Source: Vicinamibacterales bacterium (GTDB lineage Bacteria; Acidobacteriota; Vicinamibacteria; Vicinamibacterales; CAVVIG01). Taken from it: 64,000 bases of DNA. A program made the position numbers and the translations under genes. The DNA is taken from NCBI GenBank assembly GCA_036497895.1, contig DASXIR010000017.1:6899-70898 (forward strand), given 5' to 3'. Positions 19,163 through 33,487 of the stretch are shown here, in pieces (position 1 is the first letter of the stretch; every line of letters starts with the position of its first letter). The notes under the pieces are model-generated. The model was not told the DNA's origin, did no database searches, and saw nothing but the letters and a program-made list of their open reading frames with translations.

Positions 19163-21090
19163 AGATCGCGCCGTTCGTCGGTGGCGATGCGGTCCACGTC
19201 CAGGCGCGTGACGTAGGCCCGCAAAGCAGGTGAACTCGTGACGCGATCGACGATGAGATAACGACAAGGCGGCGGGTCGGTTAACTTCGCCGCTTCTTCT
19301 TCGCCACCCGACGACATCCTGAGCAACGCCGCCGTCAGCGAATTCTGCCGGTACCATTCAGCTGCCGTCACGGGCATGCGTCCGATGTAGCCGCCGGCCA
19401 GCGGATGCTCGTGCTCGGTGGCGTAGAACAGGACGCGGCGATCCTGCGACCCGAGCCCGACGCCGAGTCCGTCACCGATGCCGAACGGCACTTCACACAC
19501 CGCCCCGGGTTCCACCGCGGCGAGGGCGCGGTAGACAGCGGGATGGTCGACCGGCGTCATCCGTATCGGTGCATCCCAGTACTCGAACGTTACCAGGGCG
19601 ATCACGAGCCACTGGAGGGCCGGCGATCGAATCCAGCCGGAATCGCGCGCCGCCCGCATGCCGAGCAGCACCGACACTGCCAGGAAAACACCGACCATCG
19701 CCCGGCCGGGCATGCGCGCGTTGGCGGCGAGCGGCACGAATCGCATCAGGATTTCCGGCAGCTTGAGGCCGGTGTCGAAACCGCCGATGGTCAGAAATGG
19801 ACCCAGCGCAAAAATAGCGAACGCGACGCCGACCATCCACCACGGACGAGCCTCGTCACCCGGATTCCTCGCGAAATCCCTAAGGGACAGTATCAGCAGC
19901 ACCAGCGGCACGATTCCAAGCCAACCGATCGCCTCGACGTAATCGAGCTTCAACCACTGATACGCCTGCGTGCTGAATGTCGCGACCAGAGGATGCAGGG
20001 GATGACCGAGCAGCGGCGCAATGACGTCCACGCCGTGCGGGATGCTGCGCCAGCCGTATTCCTGGGTGACATATTCGCCGCGCAGGACGAGCCGCGCAGC
20101 CTGCCAGAGCAGAGGCGACGCCCCGACCGCGAAGACCATCGTCACTCGCCGTGCCACGGCGGTCGCTGTTCGGAGGCGTTGGAGCCGTTCCGGGTCCTGA
20201 CGGATGACGACGCGCCAGGTGCAGGCGATCCAACCGGCGAGGCCAACCCACATCACCGTCAACGCATTCTGAGGCGTGCGGATTGAGAGGTCCTTTGACG
20301 CCAGCGCCATCGCGCCGCCGCCGGTGACGAAGATCACCGCGGCAAGTGCTGCAGCGATCACGGCGACGCCGATGCAAACCAATCGAAGGCGGCTGGCGGT
20401 CGGCGCCAGCGGACGACCGGCAGGAGCGACCTCGAACCAGTGAACCCAGGCGGCAAGGTAGACCGCCATGAACAACCCCAGGTACACGACGTAGTAGTAC
20501 GCGATGTAAGCGGTCGCCGCGAACACCGCGCCGGCGCCGACCGCGGCCGCGTTCGATCCACCGTGCACGGCGCGGCGAAAGGCGAGTGCGAACAATGGCA
20601 GCACCCACGCCGCAACCAGGTCGAAGTGGCCGAGCATGTGAACCGCTACGTACGGAGACAGACCAAACAGGATCCCAGCCAACACAGATGCCCGCCGCTG
20701 TCTTGTGATGTCCCACGCGAGCGCGTACGCGCACGACATGTTCAGGAACACGTAACCGAGGAGCAGCAGGTTCTGCGCGGTCACGACCGAAGCGTGTGCC
20801 ATCACGGTCGCGGCGACCAGCGCCGGAAGCGCGGTCTGCGGATGGTCGGCGATCGTGGTGCCGAACGGATAGAACAGGTAAGTGGTCTTGAAGTAGGCGA
20901 GCCCCGGAGTCGCGAGCACATGCCGCATCCACCACAGGTTCCACACGAAGCTGTAGTTGTCGCCCGGATCTCCAGGGAGTGCGTCAGACAGATGATGGAC
21001 GAGCGGCCACGTCCATCCGATGGTCAGGCCGGCGAACAACGCGAGCGGGCCGGCGTGCCGGCCGAGCGAGGCGATCCGACGGCTACTCAT
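19147..21090 (-). CDS. Large polytopic membrane protein (647 aa), possibly a GT-C-like glycosyltransferase; function uncertain
   Basis: At least 10 hydrophobic segments, an N-terminal loop LPGDPGDNYSFVWNLWWMRH, and a soluble C-terminal domain. The ATG at 21090 overlaps the stop of the upstream ADOP gene by 8 nt. Confidence 0.6.
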   Translation of the reverse strand: MSSRRIASLGRHAGPLALFAGLTIGWTWPLVHHLSDALPGDPGDNYSFVWNLWWMRHVLATPGLAYFKTTYLFYPFGTTIADHPQTALPALVAATVMAHASVVTAQNLLLLGYVFLNMSCAYALAWDITRQRRASVLAGILFGLSPYVAVHMLGHFDLVAAWVLPLFALAFRRAVHGGSNAAAVGAGAVFAATAYIAYYYVVYLGLFMAVYLAAWVHWFEVAPAGRPLAPTASRLRLVCIGVAVIAAALAAVIFVTGGGAMALASKDLSIRTPQNALTVMWVGLAGWIACTWRVVIRQDPERLQRLRTATAVARRVTMVFAVGASPLLWQAARLVLRGEYVTQEYGWRSIPHGVDVIAPLLGHPLHPLVATFSTQAYQWLKLDYVEAIGWLGIVPLVLLILSLRDFARNPGDEARPWWMVGVAFAIFALGPFLTIGGFDTGLKLPEILMRFVPLAANARMPGRAMVGVFLAVSVLLGMRAARDSGWIRSPALQWLVIALVTFEYWDAPIRMTPVDHPAVYRALAAVEPGAVCEVPFGIGDGLGVGLGSQDRRVLFYATEHEHPLAGGYIGRMPVTAAEWYRQNSLTAALLRMSSGGEEEAAKLTDPPPCRYLIVDRVTSSPALRAYVTRLDVDRIATDERRDLYRLR

Positions 21091-23530
21091 GCCGGAGCGC
21101 GACCGCAGGATCCACTCGTGTGGCGCGCCGGGCCGGAATCAGGCAACCGAGAAGAGCCGACGTCACTAAAGCAAGACCAGCCGCGGATAGTGCAAGTGGG
21201 TCCGCTGCGGATACGCGTACGAGCTCGGACTGCAGTACCCGGTTGAGTGCCAGCGATCCCGCCAATCCCACCGCGATCCCCATCGCCAACGGCAACACGC
21301 CTTCCGCCAATATCAGCTGAATGACATCTCGGCTGGTCGCGCCGATCGCGATCCGAATACCGATCTCCCTCTCTCGTTGACTCACTGAGTGGGCGATGAC
21401 GGCATAGAGTCCGACGGCCGCCATCAACAAGGCGATTGCCGCGAAAATCAGAAACAGGGTTGCGATGCTGCCATTGAACGCATAGCCCCAGGCCAGGCGG
21501 TCCGCGAGTGCAAACGGCCCAAGCCAGATCGGAAGGATCGGGTCGATCGCGGTGAGCTCACGACGAACCGACGCGCTGATGGCTTCAGCGGGAATTCTGC
21601 TGCGCACGAATACCCACATCGCCGCGGACGGTCGCGCTCGGTACGGCAGGTAGACCAGCGGCGCCATTTCCTGACGAGTCTGATCGTTCTGCACAATGTT
21701 CGATATCACGCCGACCACTGTGACCCATTGATCCGTGGCAGCGCGCTCGAACAGTCGAACGCGCTTTCCGAGCGCGTCTTCGTTCGGCCAGTACTGACTG
21801 GCGAACTGCTGGTTGACGATCGCGTTTGGTGCGTTCGTGGCGCCGTCGTGGTCGTTGAATTCGCGCCCGGCGATGACGGTGGCGCCGATGGTCCGGACAT
21901 AGCCGGGGCCGATCGTCATCGCCGAGAGCACCGGCCGCCGTTGCTCGTCAAGCGGCGCGTCACCTGCGAGCTCGAACGGAACGCGCCTCGACCCGCCAAC
22001 TGGCGGGGCGCTGGCGATCGCGGACGATTCCACGCCGGGTATGGCGTTGAGCCGCTCACCCAGCCGATCGAAGAACGACTGGCGGCCCTGCTGGCGAGGA
22101 TATCTATCCTCCGGAAGATTCAAGTACATCGTCAGGACATTGGTCGGCTTGACGCCGAGATCGGCGGTGTAAAGGTTCACGAAACTTCGAATCAGGACGC
22201 CCGCGCCCCCCAGCAACACGACGGCGAGCGACACTTCGGCCACCACCAGGTATGTCGACAAGCGGGTCGCGCGACGGTCGCGGCAGCCGCCCCGAACATT
22301 GATGGTGATGCTGCCCAATCGCGACAGCCGGATCGCGGGAACGAGGCCGAAGAGCAGCCCGGAGCCGATCGAAATCGCGGACGCATACAGGAGCACGCGA
22401 GCGTCCATCGAATAGTCGAGGATGTTGTCGAAATACGACCCGCCGACCTGACTCGATGGACTCGCGGCCAGCTCGTACACTCGCAGGCCCCATCGAGCGA
22501 TCCACCAGCCGGCGGCACCGCCCAAAACTGAGAGCAACAGACTCTCGATCAGCACCTGCCGAACGATCTGCCAGCGCTCGGCGCCAAGCGCGAGGCGGAG
22601 GGTGACTTCGTGCGCCCGGGAGATGGCGCGGGCGAGCATCAGGTTGGCAAGATTTGCGCAGGCGATAAGCAAGACGAAGCCCACGGCCGCCCACATCGCG
22701 CCATAGATGGCGGCGGCTCGCGAACCGATGAAGAATTCGGAAAATGTCCGGACCCGCGCCTCCACGCCTCGATTGGTCAGCGGTTGGGCGTTGGCGAGAC
22801 GGCTGGCCACGACATTCAGTTCGGCTTGCGCGTTCTCAATGGAGACACCGTCACGGAGCCGGCCGAATACGAACCACAGCGGTGTCTGCCCGCTATCGAG
22901 ATCGGGGGCTGGTGCCAGCGGAATCCAGAGGTCCTGATTCTGAGGAAACGAGAAACTCCGATCCATGACGCCGATCACCGTGGTCGGCACGCCGTTGAGT
23001 CGAATCGTCCGGCCGATAATCGCCGGATCCCGTCCGTAGCGCCGCTCCCAAAGTCCGTAACGAAGGATGGCAACGGGGGCGGCGCCGCGCGCCTCATCGG
23101 CAGCGGTGAAATCCCGGCCCATCAGTGGCCGCGCCCCGACGATGGAGAACGCAGCGGCGCTGATGCGGGTGGCGTCGTACTTCTCAGGGTCGTTGCCGCC
23201 GTCGTCGACAATCGCCTGCAGGTCGGCGACACCGCCGATTCCGGCGAACGACCCGGTCTGCGATCGCCACGCATCGAAATCCGGATACGCAGCGCAGCAG
23301 CCGCGCCCGTCCTTCTGGGTGTCGATGTAGACGATCCGTTCGTTGTCAGCGACCGATCGGAACCCTCTGAACAGGATCGCGGAAGTGACCGTGAATACGA
23401 TCGTGTTGGCGCCGATGCCAAGGGCCAGCGTCAGCACCGCCGCTGCGGTGAACGTCGGAGAGCGCCGCATGCCGCGCAAGGCATAACGTAGGTCCTGCGC
23501 GATGCCGTCGAACCAGCCGGAGAGAGACAT
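21083..23530 (-). CDS. ADOP-family duplicated MacB/FtsX-type ABC permease (815 aa)
   Basis: N-terminus [31 protein letters not shown]. It has two MacB-periplasmic-domain + FtsX modules. No ATPase gene is adjacent. Confidence 0.85.
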   Translation of the reverse strand: MSLSGWFDGIAQDLRYALRGMRRSPTFTAAAVLTLALGIGANTIVFTVTSAILFRGFRSVADNERIVYIDTQKDGRGCCAAYPDFDAWRSQTGSFAGIGGVADLQAIVDDGGNDPEKYDATRISAAAFSIVGARPLMGRDFTAADEARGAAPVAILRYGLWERRYGRDPAIIGRTIRLNGVPTTVIGVMDRSFSFPQNQDLWIPLAPAPDLDSGQTPLWFVFGRLRDGVSIENAQAELNVVASRLANAQPLTNRGVEARVRTFSEFFIGSRAAAIYGAMWAAVGFVLLIACANLANLMLARAISRAHEVTLRLALGAERWQIVRQVLIESLLLSVLGGAAGWWIARWGLRVYELAASPSSQVGGSYFDNILDYSMDARVLLYASAISIGSGLLFGLVPAIRLSRLGSITINVRGGCRDRRATRLSTYLVVAEVSLAVVLLGGAGVLIRSFVNLYTADLGVKPTNVLTMYLNLPEDRYPRQQGRQSFFDRLGERLNAIPGVESSAIASAPPVGGSRRVPFELAGDAPLDEQRRPVLSAMTIGPGYVRTIGATVIAGREFNDHDGATNAPNAIVNQQFASQYWPNEDALGKRVRLFERAATDQWVTVVGVISNIVQNDQTRQEMAPLVYLPYRARPSAAMWVFVRSRIPAEAISASVRRELTAIDPILPIWLGPFALADRLAWGYAFNGSIATLFLIFAAIALLMAAVGLYAVIAHSVSQREREIGIRIAIGATSRDVIQLILAEGVLPLAMGIAVGLAGSLALNRVLQSELVRVSAADPLALSAAGLALVTSALLGCLIPARRATRVDPAVALRHE

Positions 23531-23549
23531 GCGGATAGATTATGCGCGC

Positions 23550-23581
23550 AAAAGAAAACGGCCGCCCGAATGAGCGGCCGT
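23550..23581 (-). terminator. Rho-independent terminator downstream of pnp
   Basis: Perfect 8-bp stem ACGGCCGC (23558-23565) / GCGGCCGT (23574-23581) with an 8-nt loop, followed on the minus strand by TTTTCTTTT. Confidence 0.7.
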
Positions 23582-23619
23582 CCGGTCTTGCTACTGAGTA
23601 TCGATTCAGGAGGGCGAAG

Positions 23620-25728
<2,109 letters not shown>

Positions 25729-25762
25729 AGGGAGCAACTTCAAAAAGCTGAAAGTGAATCAG

Positions 25763-25789
25763 AAAACAAAAACGCGGCGACCGCACCGC
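25763..25789 (-). terminator. Hairpin plus T-tract between rpsO and pnp (terminator/attenuator)
   Basis: On the minus strand, GCGGUG-CGGU-CGCCGC (25774-25789) starts immediately after the rpsO stop and is followed by GTTTTTGTTTTC. Confidence 0.55.
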
Positions 25790-26059
25790 TCACTTGCGGA
25801 TGTTGAGCCGCTTGATGAGGTCGGCGTAACGGTGTGCGTCCTTGCCTTTGAGGTAATCGAGCAGCCGGCGGCGCTTGCCGACGAGCATCAGGAGGCCGCG
25901 GCGCGAGTGGTGATCTTTGGCGTGCGACTTGAAGTGCTCGGTGAGGTAATTGATGCGTTCGCTGAGAATCGCTACCTGTACTTCAGGGGAGCCCGTATCG
26001 CCTTCGTGAGTCTTGTAACTGCCGATGAGTTCTGTCTTGCGGTCCTTGGTCAACGCCAC
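25790..26059 (-). CDS. rpsO: 30S ribosomal protein S15
   Basis: 89 aa, with ...[35 protein letters not shown].... The GTG at 26059 has GGAGG 8 nt upstream. Confidence 0.93.
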   Translation of the reverse strand: MALTKDRKTELIGSYKTHEGDTGSPEVQVAILSERINYLTEHFKSHAKDHHSRRGLLMLVGKRRRLLDYLKGKDAHRYADLIKRLNIRK

Positions 26060-26160
26060 CTGAACTACCTCCACGAACGCTCCAGAGGGCCGGGCCGAAT
26101 GTCCCGGGCCGGATGCGCCGTCTATGCGAGAAATTTCGTTAGTCGAGCAAGCACAACATG

Positions 26161-27219
26161 TTACACCAGAACGACGAAGGGATGCAAAAGCATGGAATCG
26201 CCCTTCGCACGGGCAAGCGCGATCAGTTCGCCGTCTGGATCGAGCAGCCGGACGAGCGGCGCAACCGGGCCTGGGACTGCGAAAGCGGGGCTCTCAGCCT
26301 GCGGATCGTCGAGCCCCGGGTCTCTGGTTCTGAGCCTGGAGTGGTCAGGCAACCAATCCGCCGGACCGACGGCCCGGCCATGCGCCACGTGACGGACGCC
26401 CTCGCCGGTCAGGGTCACTGACGGAGCGCCTGGGAGCATCCCGGACATCGCCACCATCGACCTGGTGGCCAACGCGGGATCGCGCTCTGCCGCGTCGAGC
26501 GTGATGGCTCTCGTCACGTCGAAATCACCGCTGCGGGTCCGCCGCAGCGCGGTCAGGTGCGCACCGATTCCCAGGCGCTCGCCCAGATCGTGCGCCAGCG
26601 ATCGGATGTAGAAGCCGGCGGAGCAGTCCACTCGAAGTGTCACGCAGTCCGAACCGGCGCTCACGACTTCGAGGTGGTGTGTCGTGACGCTCACGGGGGC
26701 CGACCGGGTTGGTCCGCCGGCTGCGCCAGCCGGGCCGGGCGGCTCGAGTCGGGCAAGTGAGGCTGCCAGGTCTGATTCGCCCGCGGCGCGGGACTTCAGC
26801 CCGGCACCGGCGCGCGCGGCTCTCGCGATGGCGTAGCTGCGCCGGCCGTCGATTTTCTTTGCGGAAAATGCCGGCGGCCGCTGCATGAAGGTGCCGCGAA
26901 ACGCCTCCAGCGCCGCCTCGATCGCGTCGAGGGTCGGCCACGCGCCTGCGTAGACCTCGCCGATCGGCACGCCGTGCGCGTCCGCCGTGTCAGTGGCGAA
27001 CCCCAGCCGGATGGTCGCGTCGTACGACTTGTCGCTTGCGCTCAGGAACTGCGCAAGGCGCGTCGCCTTGCCGAGGACGAGCGGCAACAGGCCAGTGGCC
27101 AGCGGATCCAGGGTGCCGGTGTGGCCGATGCGTTTCTCGCGCAACGCCCGCCGCATCCGAGCGACCACATCGTGCGAGGTCGGTCCGGCCGGTTTGTCAA
27201 CGAGGAGCAAGCCGTCCAT
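26161..27219 (-). CDS. truB: tRNA pseudouridine(55) synthase TruB
   Basis: [19 protein letters not shown] and the catalytic-Asp motif [14 protein letters not shown]. It contains an Ala/Gly/Pro-rich internal insertion. The ATG at 27219 overlaps the upstream DHH gene by 23 nt. Confidence 0.9.
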   Translation of the reverse strand: MDGLLLVDKPAGPTSHDVVARMRRALREKRIGHTGTLDPLATGLLPLVLGKATRLAQFLSASDKSYDATIRLGFATDTADAHGVPIGEVYAGAWPTLDAIEAALEAFRGTFMQRPPAFSAKKIDGRRSYAIARAARAGAGLKSRAAGESDLAASLARLEPPGPAGAAGGPTRSAPVSVTTHHLEVVSAGSDCVTLRVDCSAGFYIRSLAHDLGERLGIGAHLTALRRTRSGDFDVTRAITLDAAERDPALATRSMVAMSGMLPGAPSVTLTGEGVRHVAHGRAVGPADWLPDHSRLRTRDPGLDDPQAESPAFAVPGPVAPLVRLLDPDGELIALARAKGDSMLLHPFVVLV

Positions 27220-28195
27220 CGATGGCCTGCTGGAGCTTTTCGATAAACGTCCGGCGGAGCGATTCAATCGGGCCGCGGACGGTACAGCCGGAGGCATTCC
27301 GGTGTCCACCGCCGCCGAATTCTTTGGCGACGGCGTTGATGTCCACGTCGCCCTTGGATCGCAGGCTGACCCGGTACTCGTCGTCCTCGTTCTGCTTGAA
27401 GAACACCACCGCCTCGATGTTCTTCACCGTGAGTGGCTCGTTGATCAGCCCTTCGGTTTCGTCGTAGGCGCCGCCGGCTGCCGCGGCCATTTCCCGATCG
27501 AGATAAAGCGCGGCGACCCGTCCACTGGCGTCGACCTGCATGGCGCTCAACACCGCGGCGAAAAGGCGCAGACGTCCCATCGTGTTGCTGTCAAACACCT
27601 GACGCGCAACCTGAACCGGATCGACGCCCGCTTCCAGGACCTGCCGGCAGATGTCGAAGGTGCGTGGTGAGATGCTCGAAAAGTGAAACGATCCGGTGTC
27701 GGTCAGGATCGCCAGATACACGTGCGTGGCGATTTCGACGCTCATCGGCGCGCCGAGCGCGCGCACCAGGTCGAACACCAGTTCGGCACAAGCCGCTGCG
27801 CCCGGGTCGAACCAGTTCAGCGCGCCGTATGACGTGTTGCCTTGATGGTGGTCGATGTTGATGACGAAGAACCGGTCGAGGCCGGCGACGCCAGTGCGCT
27901 TGAGGTCGCCGCACTCCATGATGATCGCGGCGTCGAAGTCGCCCTCGACCACCGTGGCGACGCGGATCCCGAGGACGCCGGGGAAGACCATCAAGGGCGG
28001 CGGCGCCGGGTCGGCATTGACCACGGTGACGTCCTTGCCGAGTGCGCGGAGCGCATAGGCCAGCGCCATCTGCGAGCCGATCGCATCGCCATCGGGTCGT
28101 GCGTGCGACGACAGCACGAAACGCTGCCGCAACCGGATCGCCTCGGCGATCCGATGAAGTTCCGGGTTGGTTCGATCAGGCGCTGGAGTCGTCAT
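27197..28195 (-). CDS. DHH/DHHA1 phosphoesterase (NrnA-like oligoribonuclease / pAp phosphatase)
   Basis: Motifs DGDAIGS, NIDHHQGN and GGGGHRNASG. Confidence 0.85.
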   Translation of the reverse strand: MTTPAPDRTNPELHRIAEAIRLRQRFVLSSHARPDGDAIGSQMALAYALRALGKDVTVVNADPAPPPLMVFPGVLGIRVATVVEGDFDAAIIMECGDLKRTGVAGLDRFFVINIDHHQGNTSYGALNWFDPGAAACAELVFDLVRALGAPMSVEIATHVYLAILTDTGSFHFSSISPRTFDICRQVLEAGVDPVQVARQVFDSNTMGRLRLFAAVLSAMQVDASGRVAALYLDREMAAAAGGAYDETEGLINEPLTVKNIEAVVFFKQNEDDEYRVSLRSKGDVDINAVAKEFGGGGHRNASGCTVRGPIESLRRTFIEKLQQAIDGRLAPR

Positions 28196-28562
28196 CTCGG
28201 TCGGGCGGCGCTGGCGGTTGGGCGTGGATTTCGTTGAGCAACTGCTCGATGCGGTCCTGGCCGGCGATCGCCTTGTCGACCATGAACTGCAGTTCCGGCA
28301 CTCGCTTCAGGTGGAGCCTCTGGCCGATCTGACGGCGGAGGAACGGGATCGCCCGGTTCAGTGCACGATCGCTCGTCGCCTGAACCTTACTGTCGCCGAG
28401 GGCGGTGTAGAACACCCGCGCCTGCTGCAGATCGGGCGTCACCTGAACACGGGTGATGGTGACGAAACCGATGCCGGGATCGTGCACGTCGCGAGCCAGC
28501 ATCAACGCCAGCTCGCTGCGAATCTGGTCGGCGACGCGCTCGGGACGGGATCCTTGGGACAT
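28176..28562 (-). CDS. rbfA: Ribosome-binding factor A
   Basis: RVADQIRSELALMLARDVHDPGIGFVTITRVQVTPDLQQARVFY, and its position directly after infB. Confidence 0.88.
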   Translation of the reverse strand: MSQGSRPERVADQIRSELALMLARDVHDPGIGFVTITRVQVTPDLQQARVFYTALGDSKVQATSDRALNRAIPFLRRQIGQRLHLKRVPELQFMVDKAIAGQDRIEQLLNEIHAQPPAPPDRDDDSSA

Positions 28563-28581
28563 GCGAGAAAGTCAGTGGTCC

Positions 28582-31473
28582 CTACGCAACCGTCAGGACC
28601 CGTTCCTTGGCGAAGACCTCGATCACGTCGCCGACCTTGAGGTCGTTGAACTTGTCGAAGCCGATACCGCATTCGAGCCCGGCCTTGACCTCGCTCGCAT
28701 CGTCCTTGAATCGGCGAAGCGAGCCGATCTTGCCTTCGTAGATGACCGCGCCGTCGCGCAGCAGGCGCGCCTGTGCGTCGCCAGAGCGGGTGACTCGTCC
28801 CTCGGTGACCAGGCAGCCGGCAATGGTCCCGAACTTCGGGGTCTTGAAGATGTCGCGAACCGCCGCGATGCCGATTCGAACCTCGCGGAAGGTCGGATCG
28901 AGCAGGCCGGCCATCGCCTTCTTCATTTCGTCGGTGACGTGGTAGATCACCGAATGCTGGCGGATCTCGACACGCTCGCGCGCGGCGATGTCCTCGGCGT
29001 TGCGATCGGGCTTGACGTTGAAGGCGATCACGATGGCGTTCGACGCGGATGCCAGCAGCACATCGGACTCGTTCACGGCGCCGACGCCGGCGTGGATGAT
29101 CCGGACCTTGACCTTGTCGTCGCTCAATTTCGTCAGCGTGTCGGCCAGCACTTCCGACGAACCCTGCACGTCGGTCTTGATGATGATCGGCAGCTCTTTC
29201 ATGCCGCCTTCGGCGATTTGCGCCTGCAGCGACTCGAGCGTGAGACGCGAGCCCTTGGCGCCGAGTGCCTTGGACTTCGCCTGCTCCTCGCGGAACGTGG
29301 CGATGTGGCGCGCCTTGGCGGCGTCGGCCACCTGGAACAGATCACCAGGTCCGGGCAGACCCGCCAGACCCAGCACTTCGACCGGCGTGGACGGCCCCGC
29401 CGATTTGGACGGCTTGCCCCGATCGTCGATCAGCGCGCGCACGCGTCCCACGATCGGTCCGGCGATGAATGTGTCGCCGACGTGCAACGTGCCGTCCTGG
29501 ACCAGCACGGTCGCCACCGGACCGCGGCCTTTGTCCAGTTTCGACTCGAGCACGGTGCCTGAGGCGCTGCGCTTCGGATTCGCCTTGAGCTCGAGGATGT
29601 CGCTCGACAGCAGGATCATTTCGAGGAGGCCATCGATGTTGGTCTTCTGGCGCGCCGACACTTCGACCGTGACGGTCTGGCCGCCCCATTCTTCCGGCAT
29701 CAGCCCGAGCTCGGTCAGCTCGCGCTTCACTTTCTCCGGGCTGGCATTCGGCTTGTCGATCTTGTTGATGGCCACGACGATCGGCACGTTGGCCGCCCGC
29801 GCGTGATCGATCGCTTCCTTCGTCTGCGGCATGATCCCATCGTCCGCCGCGACTACCAGCACGACGATGTCGGTGACCTTGGCGCCACGGGCGCGCATCA
29901 GGGTGAAGGCCGCGTGACCGGGAGTATCGAGAAACACGATGTCGCGGCCGTTGATCGTGACGTGATAGGCGCCGATGTGCTGGGTGATCCCGCCCGCCTC
30001 GCGCTCGGCCACCCTGGTCGTCCGGATCGCGTCGAGCAGGCTGGTCTTGCCGTGGTCGACGTGGCCCATCACGGTGACGACCGGCGCGCGCGTAATCAGG
30101 TCTTCCTTGCGCGATTCACCTTCGTCTGCCTGCAGCAACTCTTCCTCGAAGCTCTGCATCTGGACGTCGGCGCCGAACTCGCGCGCGATCATGGTCGCCG
30201 TCTCGGTATCGAGCGCGGAGTTGATTGTCAGCATCAGCCGCTTCATCAGCAGCTTGGCGAGCACGTCCTTGACGCGCAGATCGAGTTTGTCCGCCAGGTC
30301 CTTCACCGTCATGCCCTCGGCAAGCGTGATGGTCTTGGTGACCGGCGGCGGCGCGGCCGGCATCGGCGGCGGCGCCGGACGCGAGGTGTGATCGCGACGG
30401 CCGGCGGCCGGGCGTCCAGCCCCACCAGGCCGCTGCTGGTAAGACGGCCGCGACGGCATTCCCGGACGCTGCGGATACGGGCCGGGCCGCGGCGGGACGC
30501 CTGGCTGCTGCGGACGAATCGGCTGCGACGGAAGAGGGCGAGGTCCACCGACCGGTGGCCGAGGACCGGGGTACGGCGGGCGCGCGCCCGGCGCACCGCC
30601 GGGACGCGGTAATCCGGGGGCCGCCGGACGCGCGCCGGGTGCACCGGCAGGTGTGGCCGGACGGGCGGCCACCACCGGCGTCGGCCGAGGCGGCGCGATC
30701 GGACGCTGTACGGCGCGCGGCGCCGGCGTGGTCGGCAGCGGCGCTGTCGGCGTCGTCGGACGCTGTTCTTCGATGCGGAGGCGCAGAGTTGGCGGCACGA
30801 CGCGACCCGGAGTCGCGGGCTTCGCGGCAGCCGGCTGCGATGCCGGCGCCGGAGCAGCAGACGCGACCAGTTCCGCCGCGGCTGCGGTTTCGGGCATCGG
30901 CGCCCTTGCTTCCACGCTGCGCGGCGGCGCTACAGCCGCGAGAGGCGGCTCTTCGCGAACCGGCGGTTCTTCGATTATCAGGCCGCCACGACGAGTGGGG
31001 CGCGTGGGCGGCGGCTCCGGCGCGACGACCGCCGGCGGTTCGGGTTCGGCGGGCGACTCGTTTCTCGCGACGGGCGCGTGCGCTTCGACCGGCGGCGCGA
31101 TATCGTGCTCTGCGTCGGCGAACCCTTCTTCGGGTTCGGTTTCGACTGGCGCGGCCGCGACCGGCTTTGCCATCTTGACGAGACGAGGCGGCGGCAGCGC
31201 CGGCGCGGTCGGCTTCGCGGGTTCGGCCGCCTTTTTCGGCGCCGGGCCCTTCTTGCCTTTGACGACCGGCGTTTCGGCGAACATGTTGACCGTCGGTAGC
31301 GAGATATTGCGCTGACGCGCGACCCGCTCGACGAACTGGCGTGCGACCACCTCTTCGATGGTGCTCGATGCGCTCTTGACCTCGATGCCGTGGTCGCGCT
31401 TCAGCAGCGCCGTCACTTCCTGGCTCGTGGTTCCGAGCAGCTCCGCGATCTTGAAGATCCGAACAGTTGCCAA
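28582..31473 (-). CDS. infB: Translation initiation factor IF-2
   Basis: IF2_N start [13 protein letters not shown], a Pro/Ala-rich linker, and GTPase motifs [17 protein letters not shown] and NKID. TTG start at 31473, with an in-frame stop upstream at 31501-31503. Confidence 0.96.
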   Translation of the reverse strand: MATVRIFKIAELLGTTSQEVTALLKRDHGIEVKSASSTIEEVVARQFVERVARQRNISLPTVNMFAETPVVKGKKGPAPKKAAEPAKPTAPALPPPRLVKMAKPVAAAPVETEPEEGFADAEHDIAPPVEAHAPVARNESPAEPEPPAVVAPEPPPTRPTRRGGLIIEEPPVREEPPLAAVAPPRSVEARAPMPETAAAAELVASAAPAPASQPAAAKPATPGRVVPPTLRLRIEEQRPTTPTAPLPTTPAPRAVQRPIAPPRPTPVVAARPATPAGAPGARPAAPGLPRPGGAPGARPPYPGPRPPVGGPRPLPSQPIRPQQPGVPPRPGPYPQRPGMPSRPSYQQRPGGAGRPAAGRRDHTSRPAPPPMPAAPPPVTKTITLAEGMTVKDLADKLDLRVKDVLAKLLMKRLMLTINSALDTETATMIAREFGADVQMQSFEEELLQADEGESRKEDLITRAPVVTVMGHVDHGKTSLLDAIRTTRVAEREAGGITQHIGAYHVTINGRDIVFLDTPGHAAFTLMRARGAKVTDIVVLVVAADDGIMPQTKEAIDHARAANVPIVVAINKIDKPNASPEKVKRELTELGLMPEEWGGQTVTVEVSARQKTNIDGLLEMILLSSDILELKANPKRSASGTVLESKLDKGRGPVATVLVQDGTLHVGDTFIAGPIVGRVRALIDDRGKPSKSAGPSTPVEVLGLAGLPGPGDLFQVADAAKARHIATFREEQAKSKALGAKGSRLTLESLQAQIAEGGMKELPIIIKTDVQGSSEVLADTLTKLSDDKVKVRIIHAGVGAVNESDVLLASASNAIVIAFNVKPDRNAEDIAARERVEIRQHSVIYHVTDEMKKAMAGLLDPTFREVRIGIAAVRDIFKTPKFGTIAGCLVTEGRVTRSGDAQARLLRDGAVIYEGKIGSLRRFKDDASEVKAGLECGIGFDKFNDLKVGDVIEVFAKERVLTVA

Positions 31474-31543
31474 CAGTAGACCTCTATGGTGAATCGTGCG
31501 CTATCCCATGGCGTGCAGACCTCCTGGCCTGCACGTCGCGGAC

Positions 31544-32971
<1,428 letters not shown>

Positions 32972-32973
32972 AT

Positions 32974-33459
32974 CTAGAATTCCACCTCTAAGTTCGCCCG
33001 CGTGATGACCTGCAGCGGCACCCGGTGCCGCTTACCGTCGTCGGCGTCGATGATCACGGCATCACCGTCCAAGCCGCCGAGCTTGCCCCTGAAAAACCCC
33101 TGACCATCCACGCGTTCCCGCATGACGATCTTGGCCTGCCGCCCGGCGAACCGCTCGTAGTCGCCGCTGCCCCGCAGCGGCCGATCCAGTCCGGGCGACG
33201 ATACTTCCAGCGTATATGCGGTCGGCACGACATCCTCGACATCGAGGATGGCGCTCAAGTCGCGGCTGACGTGCGCGCAGTCGTCCACGCTGACGCCAGC
33301 GTCCGGCGTCGCCGCCGGTCCGGGCCGATCGAGCTGGACCCGCAACACCATGCCCGGCGCTTCGCGCCGAAACTGAACGTCGAAGATGTCGAGCCCGTAA
33401 CTGGCCGCTATGCGGCCGGCCAGAACCCGGATCTGATCGACGACGGTTTCCGCGCCCAT
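32974..33459 (-). CDS. rimP: Ribosome maturation factor RimP
   Basis: 161 aa with ...YTLEVSSPGLDRPL..., positioned directly upstream of nusA. Confidence 0.88.
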   Translation of the reverse strand: MGAETVVDQIRVLAGRIAASYGLDIFDVQFRREAPGMVLRVQLDRPGPAATPDAGVSVDDCAHVSRDLSAILDVEDVVPTAYTLEVSSPGLDRPLRGSGDYERFAGRQAKIVMRERVDGQGFFRGKLGGLDGDAVIIDADDGKRHRVPLQVITRANLEVEF

Positions 33460-33460
33460 A

Positions 33461-33487
33461 AATTAAAAAAGTGGGCACCCGCCCACT
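33461..33487 (-). terminator. Rho-independent terminator after rimO, abutting the rimP start codon
   Basis: Minus strand AGTGGGC-GGGT-GCCCACT (33470-33487) is followed by TTTTTTAATTT, which runs directly into the rimP ATG (33457-33459). Confidence 0.65.

Noticed and set aside
31513-31534. A hairpin, GTGCAG-N10-CTGCAC, in the nusA-infB spacer with AGGAGG in its loop. I considered it as evidence for an upstream infB start.
   Set aside because: An in-frame stop at 31501-31503 prevents any upstream start. The SD-like loop is 46 nt from the TTG start, which has its own AGAGG 7 nt upstream.
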